Positions 18,693 through 26,714 of a stretch of 64,000 nt of DNA are shown in pieces. The notes under the pieces are model-generated. The model was not told the DNA's origin and did not search any database. It saw nothing but the letters and a program-made list of their open reading frames with translations. The stretch comes from a virus. The stretch is from positions 1 through 64,000 of the IMG/VR virus record IMGVR_UViG_3300008107_000029, one strand, 5' to 3'. A program made the translations under genes and the position numbers. Every line of letters begins with the position of its first letter. The stretch's first letter is position 1.

Positions 18693-18923
18693 ATGATAAC
18701 TATGAGCACAGATAGAGAAATCTACTTTCAGGCGTTTGCCTATGAGTTAGAACCTGAAGACAACATTGCCTATGGTAATGAAACCTATATTGTAAATGAT
18801 ATTGAAGATGTCCCTAATGGATACATCTTGCACGTAACCGAAACTCAATGGAGTGAAGATACAGAATTATTTATTTCTGATTCTGAAATCCTTGATGTAA
18901 TTGCTCCAGAGGTGGAATACTAA
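18693..18923 (+). CDS. Small acidic hypothetical protein
   Basis: 76-aa ORF within a coupled run. Confidence 0.55.
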   Translation: MITMSTDREIYFQAFAYELEPEDNIAYGNETYIVNDIEDVPNGYILHVTETQWSEDTELFISDSEILDVIAPEVEY

Positions 18924-19356
18924 TGATACTAGATAACGGAACACTAATTGCAATTGTAATTGCACTAACAGCATCTACAACAATGAACGTAATTTTATTT
19001 CGCCAATTGTTTTTGCGTGATCGTCTAATTGTATTTTTGCGAAAGCGTAACAAGGAACTCCAGCCACCTTTTTAGGTGGTTGAAGTTTCAACTAAATTTA
19101 CCGCCGTGGTCGGGCGTGTCGGATCTATTAAAAAGATGTGAGATTTCTCACAGGAAAAATGTCCGATTTGCACCCTTTACGATTTGATTATCCCTCCAGA
19201 TTTTGCTATAATACTCTCATACAACAAAATACAGATTACAAGAGTGTGAAGTAAATCACAGAAAAAGTTTTACGACACACCCCCGTAAGTCCCCAAAATG
19301 TCAGACCCCTCTGCTATAATTGCAGGTATCAACAGAAAGAAAGAAGGTGGCATACA

Positions 19357-19560
19357 ATGTCAGCCAATGTCTATACAATCCAAGACCTACTCGTAGGAAC
19401 ACACTATCGTTCCCGTTCTCTCGAAGGTGAAATCATAAGTGCAGAAAAGCACCCTCACGCCGTATGGTATGAAGGTTGCGACTCTTACCTTGTAGAAGTG
19501 AAGCCTACTATTGGCTACGGATACAAGTATCGCACAGTAGCCGTAAAGGTAGATGAGTGA
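19357..19560 (+). CDS. Small hypothetical protein, paralog of 17744-17959
   Basis: SD GAAGGTGG; YTIQDLLV...GEIISAEK...TVAV. Confidence 0.65.
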   Translation: MSANVYTIQDLLVGTHYRSRSLEGEIISAEKHPHAVWYEGCDSYLVEVKPTIGYGYKYRTVAVKVDE

Positions 19561-19740
19561 TAAATTCAGTTATGATTATTGAGTGCCAATCTTGTGATGG
19601 TCGTGGGCTTGTCTTTCTAGGAGATAACAACGACTACGCAATCGAACCTTGTGAGTGTGTCTTACAAGATAATGAAACAGAATTGTTGTCAGACCCCTCT
19701 GATACAATACAATAACCAACCAAACAGAAAAGAGAAAAAA

Positions 19741-19899
19741 ATGACAAACGCAACATACAATGTGGGAGATACTTTCACAACACAGAAGTCAGGTATCACA
19801 GGAACAATTACAGAAATTGTATCCCAAGATAATGGCAACACAAGAGTCAAACTAGATGTCAATGGCTCAGAGCGTTGGACTACTTTCTCAGTAAAGTAA
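19741..19899 (+). CDS. Small SH3/KOW-like beta-barrel protein, paralog of 20167-20337
   Basis: TYNVGDTFTTQKSGITGTI...TRVKL..NGSERW. Confidence 0.65.
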   Translation: MTNATYNVGDTFTTQKSGITGTITEIVSQDNGNTRVKLDVNGSERWTTFSVK

Positions 19900-19922
19900 A
19901 TTTAGCACTACGCTAAAGCAAC

Positions 19923-19950
19923 TATCCTGAGTAAGATACAAAACTGCTCA
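19923..19950 (+). ncRNA. Compact H-type pseudoknot motif, copy 1
   Basis: UAUC-CUGAGUAA-GAUA-CAAAAC-UGCUCA. Confidence 0.65.
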
Positions 19951-20107
19951 CCAGGAACTTACAAACGCAATCCGTATTCTCAAAATGACAGATGAGGAAG
20001 TTGTAAGCACAAGCACTTACAATGCTATTGCTCGTTATCTGTAATTAGATAATCGAAACAGGGACAGTTTCTAGAGTGTTCTAGTCCAATGTCGTAAGTA
20101 AGAACTC

Positions 20108-20137
20108 TACAACCTGAGCAAGTTGTGAAAAGGCTCA
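20108..20137 (+). ncRNA. Compact H-type pseudoknot motif, copy 2
   Basis: UACAAC-CUGAGCAA-GUUGUG-AAAAG-GCUCA. Confidence 0.65.
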
Positions 20138-20166
20138 ACCCCAAACTACTACCAAAGGAAAAACAA

Positions 20167-20337
20167 ATGACACTATCAGGATACACTTACCAAGTTGGAG
20201 ATTTATTTACAACAAGTAAGACAGGCGTTACAGGCAGAATTTATTCTTTTGCACCTGTAAGCAAAACAGTTACTCGTGTTGGATTACAATTAGCAAACGG
20301 ATCAAAACGATTTGCAATGGTAAAAACATCTAAGTAA
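20167..20337 (+). CDS. Small SH3/KOW-like beta-barrel protein, paralog of 19741-19899
   Basis: SD AAAGGA; TYQVGDLFTTSKTGVTGRI...TRVGL..NGSKRF. Confidence 0.65.
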   Translation: MTLSGYTYQVGDLFTTSKTGVTGRIYSFAPVSKTVTRVGLQLANGSKRFAMVKTSK

Positions 20338-20459
20338 AATTATTTGGGAGTGGGTTTCAAACTAACCTAGGTGCCTCCTCCCAAATATTTCGCCAGGCTG
20401 ATTAGGGCGATTATAAAAATACTATAGAGCACAGTTCACACCAACTGCAAGAGGTGTAA

Positions 20460-20487
20460 ATTCCTGAGCAAGAATCAAAAAGGCTCA
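20460..20487 (+). ncRNA. Compact H-type pseudoknot motif, copy 3
   Basis: AUUC-CUGAGCAA-GAAU-CAAAAAG-GCUCA. Confidence 0.65.
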
Positions 20488-20907
20488 CTTTGCAATTGTC
20501 GACAATTTGCCGCCCCCACGCAGTCGGGCGTGTCGTAATTACGAGGATGTGAGATTTATCACAGGAATTTGAGTTGACACGGCTGAGTTATTTTGCTATA
20601 ATTGCAAGTATGAATCACAAGACTAAAAAGGATAAAGAAGCCTTACGTAGGCTTATGGAGTTGCGTAGGTGCAATGCCTCATCCCCTATAAAGTCTAAGA
20701 AAGTTTATTCTAGAAAGAATAAGCATAAATGTCAGTCCCCCCTGATATAATCTAAACCTACCAAGTTAGAAAGAAGGCCCCTATGGAATACAACGATGAG
20801 TTCTATGATAAACTCTATGAGCAAGGCTATGAGGTTATGAATGATATAAACTCTTGCTATTGCACTAACTACTCTATCTGCACTGAATGCACTAAGGGGT
20901 ATAACTA

Positions 20908-21346
20908 ATGACTAAACTACTACGCTCTAAAGATAGGAAAGTAACTAATGCCGTCTCCCCTAATGGAAAAACAGCAACAATTGCCAACACTTTCGGTCTA
21001 CCTGCTGGAAAGGCTTGTTCAATTTTGGGTCTATACTCGTGTAAAGTCTGCAGCCCTCATCCTAAAAGATATTCCTAATCTATCTCTCTACTATTCTACT
21101 GATAGTGAGAATGTTGAGATTGGAAAAGATTTATCTAATGAGCACAATATCAAGTTAGCCTACCTTGCTAAGACATTTGACATAGGCAAGGCAGATATGC
21201 TAGAATTGGTCAACAAGACAGCCGTCCGTTGTCCTGAAAACAATAAGAAAATTCCACTAATATCTACGAATGGTAGTGCGTGTGTCTCGTGTGGGCAATG
21301 CGTATTCCAACGCAATGATATTTTATTTAGTGCAACTAAGAAATAG
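20908..21346 (+). pseudogene. Gp88-like (radical-SAM-related) phage gene broken by an internal deletion/frameshift
   Basis: N-half MTKLLRSKDRK...NTFGLPAGKA (20908, stops at 21078) and C-half QFWVYTR...NLSLYYSTD...CPE...CVSCGQC (to 21346) are in different frames; junction near 21015. Confidence 0.55.
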
Positions 21347-21732
21347 GAGCAACGTGTATCAACTAACAATTGGCACTTTAATTTTATTTATGATTTGTTT
21401 TTGGCTAGCAGAAAAGTTATTCTAATGATAAATCAAAAATGTTTAAACTGTCCTCAGCCTATGTATCTTGAAGGTTACATTGAAGATGATATTCCGTTAT
21501 GTCATTCTTGCTATAGTGATCACACTCTAGTTAAATATGGATACACGGATGAAGATTTTTTAATGGGCACCTGCTAGATCGGGCCAGCCGCCCCTATCCA
21601 CAGGTTATCCACAGGTTTACGAGGATGTGATTTTTCTCACAGGAATAAATCGGACATTTCAAGGATTGGATTTGATAATGTCAGCCCGTTCTGTTATACT
21701 TGGGGTAACAACAACAGAAAGGCAATAAATAT

Positions 21733-22734
21733 ATGGCTCATTTACTAGAAGAAGGTTCAAACGGCGAAGTTGCATTTGCATCATTGCGTGAACCTGCTTG
21801 GCACAATCTTGGAACAGTGTTTCAAGATGAGGTTACAACATCAGAAATGTTAGACCTTGCACATTTGTCAAATTGGAATGTGCGTCTTGAAGATGTAATT
21901 CTACCAGACACTTACACATCTGTCAAAAACAATTTTATGGTTGTTCGCAACAATCCATTTGAAGATAACCAAAATGATGTTTTGGGAATTGTTGGAGATA
22001 GATACAATGTAGTTCAGAATGAAGATTTATTTTCATTCGGTGATTCAATTCTTGATGGTGGAGGCGTGTGGGAAACTGCTGGCTCAATCAAAAAGGGAAC
22101 AGTTGTATTTGGTGCTCTTGCATTGGATAAGACAATCACTCTTGATGCACAAGGGGCAAACGACCAGACAAAAACTTATTTGCTATTGCACACATCACAC
22201 GATGGTTCTGTGTCAATTCAAGCAAGCATCACACCTGTTCGTGTTGTCTGCCAAAATACACTAAACCTTGCATTGCGTAGTGTAAAGCAATCATTCAAAA
22301 TTCGTCATACACAATCTGCTGACGGAAAAGTTGCTGCTGCTCGTGAGGCTCTTGGAATGTCATTTGCCTATATGGACACATTTGAAAAGGAAGCACAGGC
22401 ATTGTATCAAAAGTCAATGACCGAAGCAGAATTTATCAAAATCGTAAACACCATTTACCCTAAGCCTGAAAAAGATGCAAAAGGCTCTTTCAAGAAATGG
22501 GAAAACAAAATGGTTTCATTGCAAGAAATTCTTGCATCACCTACTAATGCAAACATTCAAGGCACAGCGTGGGCAGGACTCAATGCACTCACTGAGCGTT
22601 TAGATTGGTATCGCACATCTCGTGGTGGCAACAGCGAAAACACATTTGCATCTGCATCTGGTTTTGACCCTGTTATCAACGCAGAGAAAAATAAAATTTA
22701 CCAAACTGTAAAAGCATTTGCAGCGAGTAAATAA
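21733..22734 (+). CDS. DUF932-family phage/plasmid protein
   Basis: PAWHNLG, LGIVGDRY.VVQN, WETAGSI, YLLLHTSHDGS, TPVRVVCQNTL, IRHT, GTAWAGLNALTE. Confidence 0.85.
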   Translation: MAHLLEEGSNGEVAFASLREPAWHNLGTVFQDEVTTSEMLDLAHLSNWNVRLEDVILPDTYTSVKNNFMVVRNNPFEDNQNDVLGIVGDRYNVVQNEDLFSFGDSILDGGGVWETAGSIKKGTVVFGALALDKTITLDAQGANDQTKTYLLLHTSHDGSVSIQASITPVRVVCQNTLNLALRSVKQSFKIRHTQSADGKVAAAREALGMSFAYMDTFEKEAQALYQKSMTEAEFIKIVNTIYPKPEKDAKGSFKKWENKMVSLQEILASPTNANIQGTAWAGLNALTERLDWYRTSRGGNSENTFASASGFDPVINAEKNKIYQTVKAFAASK

Positions 22735-22739
22735 AAATA

Positions 22740-22768
22740 AATTCCTGAGCAAGAATTGAAACTGCTCA
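22740..22768 (+). ncRNA. Compact H-type pseudoknot motif, copy 4
   Basis: AAUUC-CUGAGCAA-GAAUU-GAAAC-UGCUCA, 5 nt after the DUF932 stop. Confidence 0.65.
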
Positions 22769-22772
22769 CTCT

Positions 22773-22804
22773 AAATATTTATGCGTGATCGTGCATAAAT
22801 ATTT
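22773..22804 (+). terminator. Perfect hairpin after DUF932 and the pseudoknot
   Basis: AAATATTTATGC...GCATAAATATTT. Confidence 0.5.
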
Positions 22805-22913
22805 GGGGGCGGTAAAATGTGACCAACATCACACGGTTACTATTAAGTAGGATTTGAAAATGTCGCAGGAATTTGCTATAATTGCACCATAACCTAACAG
22901 AAAGAGGCCCCCT

Positions 22914-23330
22914 ATGGACCAGACGCCAGACCAGCACTATATGACACGAGAGTTTCTTGAAGGACAGATTGTTCAGTTTCAAGAAATAATCAAAAGCAAA
23001 GATGAGCACATTCAGCGTGTAACACAACGTGATTATGCAACTGCTGCAAACCTACAGACTATGCGTGATAAGATGCACGAATGGACTATGAAGGAATTAG
23101 AAGACAATGGTATCACAGAATCACAGGCAGAGGAAATTGCTGAGATTTGTGGATTCGAATTGTCTAAGGAAGTTGAAGTTGAAGTAACTGTTACTTACAA
23201 TATGACTTTGCAACTTGCTCACAATGAAGAAGCAGAAGATGTAGTAAATGACATTGACTTTGAAGCAATTTCATACGACACTGACAAAGTAAGTTGGATA
23301 TCAGCCTCAATAGATAGAATAGATATTTAG
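22914..23330 (+). CDS. Acidic hypothetical protein
   Basis: 138 aa; SD GAAAGAGG; follows the promoter at 22861. Confidence 0.7.
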   Translation: MDQTPDQHYMTREFLEGQIVQFQEIIKSKDEHIQRVTQRDYATAANLQTMRDKMHEWTMKELEDNGITESQAEEIAEICGFELSKEVEVEVTVTYNMTLQLAHNEEAEDVVNDIDFEAISYDTDKVSWISASIDRIDI

Positions 23331-23346
23331 TAGGGGGCTACTAATA

Positions 23347-23373
23347 AATCCTGAGCACGATTCAAAACTGCTC
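23347..23373 (+). ncRNA. Compact H-type pseudoknot motif, copy 5
   Basis: AAUC-CUGAGCAC-GAUU-CAAAAC-UGCUC, 4 nt before tRNA-Arg. Confidence 0.65.
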
Positions 23374-23377
23374 TTTG

Positions 23378-23449
23378 CCCCTTATAACTCAGAGGAAGAG
23401 TCAACGGTTTCTACCCGTTTGGTCGGAGGTTCGAATCCTTCTAAGGGGA
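23378..23449 (+). tRNA. tRNA-Arg(UCU)
   Basis: Acceptor CCCCTTA/TAAGGGG, D stem ACTC/GAGT, anticodon stem AACGG/CCGTT with loop TTTCTAC, T arm GGAGG-TTCGAAT-CCTTC; CCA not encoded. Confidence 0.85.
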
Positions 23450-23550
23450 CTTTACCGCCCGATGTGATATTGATCACATTGATTAAGGACGAGTTGAAAA
23501 TGTCGCAGGATTTTGGTATAATTGGATTCCACTACTACCAAAGGAATAAT

Positions 23551-23832
23551 ATGGGATATAACACTGCAGTTGACTTATCTGAAAACCTGGACCTAGAGAC
23601 GTCCCTACGTATGCACTTGCGAGGTAATCATTACCCACCCGTGCCCGTTGAAATGGTCCCTATCTGTATTGAGGCCATTGAACTGGCTAAAGAAGAACTA
23701 TGGGATGAAGAGATCCAAATGCCATTAATTAACGACTTTCAAGTTATGTATAAGAATAGACAGACTGCCCCTGTATGGGCTATAATTGAGCAACACCACT
23801 TACACGCTTGGCTAGAAGGAGAGGATGAATAA
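23551..23832 (+). CDS. Hypothetical protein
   Basis: SD AAAGGA; HLRGNHYPPVP...HHLHAWL. Confidence 0.7.
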   Translation: MGYNTAVDLSENLDLETSLRMHLRGNHYPPVPVEMVPICIEAIELAKEELWDEEIQMPLINDFQVMYKNRQTAPVWAIIEQHHLHAWLEGEDE

Positions 23833-24017
23833 TGAAACTGAGAATGACCTATACAGTTGATTACGACGTAGACAAATTACTCCCTGAAATAAAGGATTAC
23901 GTAGGTGATTACGAACTCACGTTCGAAGTCATTAAAGAATTTGTAACTGATAGATTTATCAGCCCTGACCTACTTGACAAGAGTGGTCCCCATAGTGTAA
24001 AATATACTATCCTCTAA
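23832..24017 (+). CDS. Small hypothetical protein
   Basis: TAATG coupling; SD GGAGG. Confidence 0.6.
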   Translation: MKLRMTYTVDYDVDKLLPEIKDYVGDYELTFEVIKEFVTDRFISPDLLDKSGPHSVKYTIL

Positions 24018-24033
24018 CAGAACGGAACTACCT

Positions 24034-24309
24034 ATGAATAAAGTATATGGGGTAAACGATAAAGCCCTAGCAGACCTGTCAATACCTATCCACGACTTAT
24101 TGCACGGCTATCTTAAAAATGCTATGTATGAGACAGAAACAGAACTAATTCCCTTGCTAGCCAATAGCGAAGAGATTGGGTCAGATGAAGAGTATGAAGA
24201 TACAATTCAAAGACTAGAACTCACAGGGCGTATGGACGCATATGTCCAAATCTATTCCACATTAACTAGTTTAATCTTTGAGAGAGAGGACATTATAAAT
24301 GGAAAATAA
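24034..24309 (+). CDS. Hypothetical protein
   Basis: 91-aa acidic ORF in a coupled run. Confidence 0.6.
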   Translation: MNKVYGVNDKALADLSIPIHDLLHGYLKNAMYETETELIPLLANSEEIGSDEEYEDTIQRLELTGRMDAYVQIYSTLTSLIFEREDIINGK

Positions 24310-24541
24310 TGCAGACTACCTAGAAAACCCTGAAATGTATGCAGACTACTATTCTTGCGACCTTGCTATCTCTATTACAAATATCAAGGCTAAGAATGCA
24401 CACCACGCAGAAGCCGTTATGCAAACCTTCATAGATGAGATTGCTAAGGTAATGGACGATGAAGTTAGTTGGGACGATGCCCAATGGGGTATTATCACTA
24501 ACAAGTTTGTGCCTGAGTTACAGTGTTGGGTAGAAGAATGA
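24299..24541 (+). CDS. Hypothetical protein
   Basis: 80-aa acidic ORF; SD GAGGA. Confidence 0.6.
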   Translation: MENNADYLENPEMYADYYSCDLAISITNIKAKNAHHAEAVMQTFIDEIAKVMDDEVSWDDAQWGIITNKFVPELQCWVEE

Positions 24542-24695
24542 GCACTACCTATAAGCCCTACACAATTAATGAACTCGTAAATGAAATCTACGAGGATAAC
24601 TACTCACACTTTGAGTTTATGGAAAATATGAACGGTGGAGACTGTGATTGTTCCCTTCATACTACTATGAATACTATTGTCAAGTATTGGGGTGA

Positions 24696-24935
24696 ATGAT
24701 GGAATCAGCATACATTGATCGCACCACCCAACTTGTAGAGTATATGAAGTTACATCTACTTAGTCTAGAGCAAGACTCTGCCTACCTTGAAAAGCAGATG
24801 GATTCTTATTCTAACTATGAGGATGATGACTACAGAACTCTAGAGATAGAGGATATCTCTACCAACGGTCAGATTATTGCTACTGCCCATTTATTGTCAG
24901 TGGCTGCTGATATACTAGGCGTCCCTACCAAATAA
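24696..24935 (+). CDS. Hypothetical protein
   Basis: 79-aa ORF; SD GGGGTG. Confidence 0.55.
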   Translation: MMESAYIDRTTQLVEYMKLHLLSLEQDSAYLEKQMDSYSNYEDDDYRTLEIEDISTNGQIIATAHLLSVAADILGVPTK

Positions 24936-25090
24936 AAGGAGTAATATGAAAATCCCTAAGCACATAATGGAAGAACTAGAGGACCAAGCAAGCCAAATCA
25001 TTTACTTTGAGGCAGCAATGTCAAGTGAAGATAAGGCCACCAAGGCTGTCTTAAAGCGTCTTGTTGAAATCTATAAGGCAGGTGCAGAAA

Positions 25091-25540
25091 GTGTCAAGTA
25101 AGTTTATCGAAATGGAATTCGATGAGTGGTGTGACACTTACAAGCCTATTACTAATCATCTAGATTCAAATGCCTCCTTTGATGGAGCAATGTTTGAGAC
25201 CTATGGTGATGAAGTAGAGTTCGTCAAACAACAGCCTGAGAATCATATCTGGATGTATGGGGATGGAGACGACGGTGGTTCCTATGTATGGAATGGTTGG
25301 CATTTCATTAATAGGATAGGATACTTTATAACTGAAGTGCCGTGCCCACCTGATACAGATATCCAAATCAGAGTTAGCCACAATTGGTTCTACTGTGAGA
25401 ACTGTAGTGCTGAGTTTGAGGACCCTGATAATCTAATCAGAGATGCATTTGATGAACACGATTTGGAGAAATGCACACAATGTGCTACCATTGAAGAACT
25501 AACCCTAGTAGGATTGGAGCCTGCCAATGCCAATGTATAA
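25091..25540 (+). CDS. Hypothetical protein with a C-terminal zinc ribbon
   Basis: FETYG, GWHFINRIGYFITEVP, CENC...CTQC; GTG start inferred. Confidence 0.65.
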   Translation: MSSKFIEMEFDEWCDTYKPITNHLDSNASFDGAMFETYGDEVEFVKQQPENHIWMYGDGDDGGSYVWNGWHFINRIGYFITEVPCPPDTDIQIRVSHNWFYCENCSAEFEDPDNLIRDAFDEHDLEKCTQCATIEELTLVGLEPANANV

Positions 25541-25709
25541 AATAACTGCCACACGAGAAGTCAATTATGATTTTGAGATTGAGGCAGACACTGAAGATGA
25601 AGCCATCGCAGAGATTGAAAGAATCGAACGTGATGAGGATGTTGAAATATATGCCATTGATTGGTATCCGTTAGAAATTACTACTATCGACGAGGAAGAA
25701 GAAGAATAA
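25527..25709 (+). CDS. Small acidic hypothetical protein
   Basis: FEIEADTEDEAI motif common in phage microproteins. Confidence 0.6.
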   Translation: MPMYKITATREVNYDFEIEADTEDEAIAEIERIERDEDVEIYAIDWYPLEITTIDEEEEE

Positions 25710-26077
25710 TGGGAGCACGTATTAACTTTGTATTTAAAGACTCAGAGAAGGGTCCATTGGTTGTCTTATACAGCCATTGGGGCCAGACTGAATGGCAGAC
25801 GGATATTGCAGCAGCCCTGCAGCATTCTAAGCCACGCTGGCAAGATTCTTCATATGGGACACGTATGATGATTAGTTATTTGATCAAGGATTCTATTATG
25901 GACGAGACTGGTTTTGGTATCTATGCAATTGACCAAGACGGTTACGACCTAGGAGAGCAAACAGTCATCATTGATTTCATTACCAAGACTGTAACTGACA
26001 ATGTATCTGTGTCCTGGGATGCATTTATTAACGCTTATGCGATAGGGGAAGAGCCAGACCTTTTGGTAGGGGTCTAG
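25709..26077 (+). CDS. Hypothetical protein
   Basis: MGARINF...LYSHWG...RWQDSSYGTRMMI; TAATG coupling. Confidence 0.7.
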   Translation: MGARINFVFKDSEKGPLVVLYSHWGQTEWQTDIAAALQHSKPRWQDSSYGTRMMISYLIKDSIMDETGFGIYAIDQDGYDLGEQTVIIDFITKTVTDNVSVSWDAFINAYAIGEEPDLLVGV

Positions 26078-26151
26078 GCCACCAGTGGGGGGTGGCTGTG
26101 TTACATTGACAGCCACTCTCCCATTTGGTATAATGGAGAAAAGGAGAGTAT

Positions 26152-26361
26152 ATGAAGGAGAAAAGACTAGCACAAAAGTTAGCAGACATCTTCGCTGACA
26201 CCCGTGTCAATGAGATAGAACTGGCTCATCAAACTGCTATCCTTTTTAGTGATACAATAGAAGATAAAGCAACATCTTGGCTGGCGTGGCATAATGCTAC
26301 AAAGAATTTCCAACCAAGTCCCTACGAGCAACCTGCAATCAACTTAGAGGAGTATGAATAA
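26152..26361 (+). CDS. Hypothetical protein
   Basis: Preceded by a TTGACA...TATAAT promoter and SD AAGGAG. Confidence 0.6.
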   Translation: MKEKRLAQKLADIFADTRVNEIELAHQTAILFSDTIEDKATSWLAWHNATKNFQPSPYEQPAINLEEYE

Positions 26362-26681
26362 TGGCAACAGAAGAAGTAACAGCAAAACAAAAAGAGTGGA
26401 TGGCTACAAAGCGAAAGACTGCAATCATTGCATCTGCATTTGCAATCATCAATGAAGTAGAAGCACACTCTTGGGAAGATTGGATCTTAGAAAACAATCT
26501 AGGAATTCCATACGCACTTGGTATCGAAACAAAAGATATCAAAGAAGAAGGTTTGACTGAATCAGGTTGGGAAACAATCGATACAACTTACAAATCTTTA
26601 TGTGCTGCACTTGGTGTAGATAAAATCGAATCAGTAAATGATTTGATGGAAACAATTTTTGAAGATGAGGATGACGCCTAA
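26361..26681 (+). CDS. Hypothetical protein
   Basis: 106 aa; SD GAGGAG; TAATG coupling. Confidence 0.65.
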   Translation: MATEEVTAKQKEWMATKRKTAIIASAFAIINEVEAHSWEDWILENNLGIPYALGIETKDIKEEGLTESGWETIDTTYKSLCAALGVDKIESVNDLMETIFEDEDDA

Positions 26682-26714
26682 GAGGGGGCGGTCAGAGAAG
26701 TTATTTAATAACTC

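Larger units (their letters stand above)
16933..23478. promoter_or_regulatory. Cluster of CRP/GlxR-type boxes TGTGA-N6-TCACA
   Basis: Perfect at 18078, 19137, 19245, 20548, 21626, 22818, 23463; one mismatch at 16933, 17218, 17262, 17278. Confidence 0.8.
16883..24916. promoter_or_regulatory. Family of 11 promoters TGTC-N9-TG-N-TAnAnT
   Basis: Minus: 16883-16904, 17158-17179. Plus: 17327, 18142, 19299, 19687, 20730, 21679, 22861, 23501, 24895 (each 22 nt). Each precedes a small ORF or ORF group. Confidence 0.85.

Noticed and set aside
19923-23373. Pseudoknot motif as a hammerhead ribozyme (CUGA...GAAA look-alike)
   Set aside because: No CUGANGA core or three-stem junction; GAAA is present in only some copies
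23378-23449. Amber-suppressor (CUA) reading of the tRNA, or stop-codon recoding
   Set aside because: The 7-nt loop TTTCTAC centres on TCT (Arg); TAG is used as a normal stop and long genes are uninterrupted
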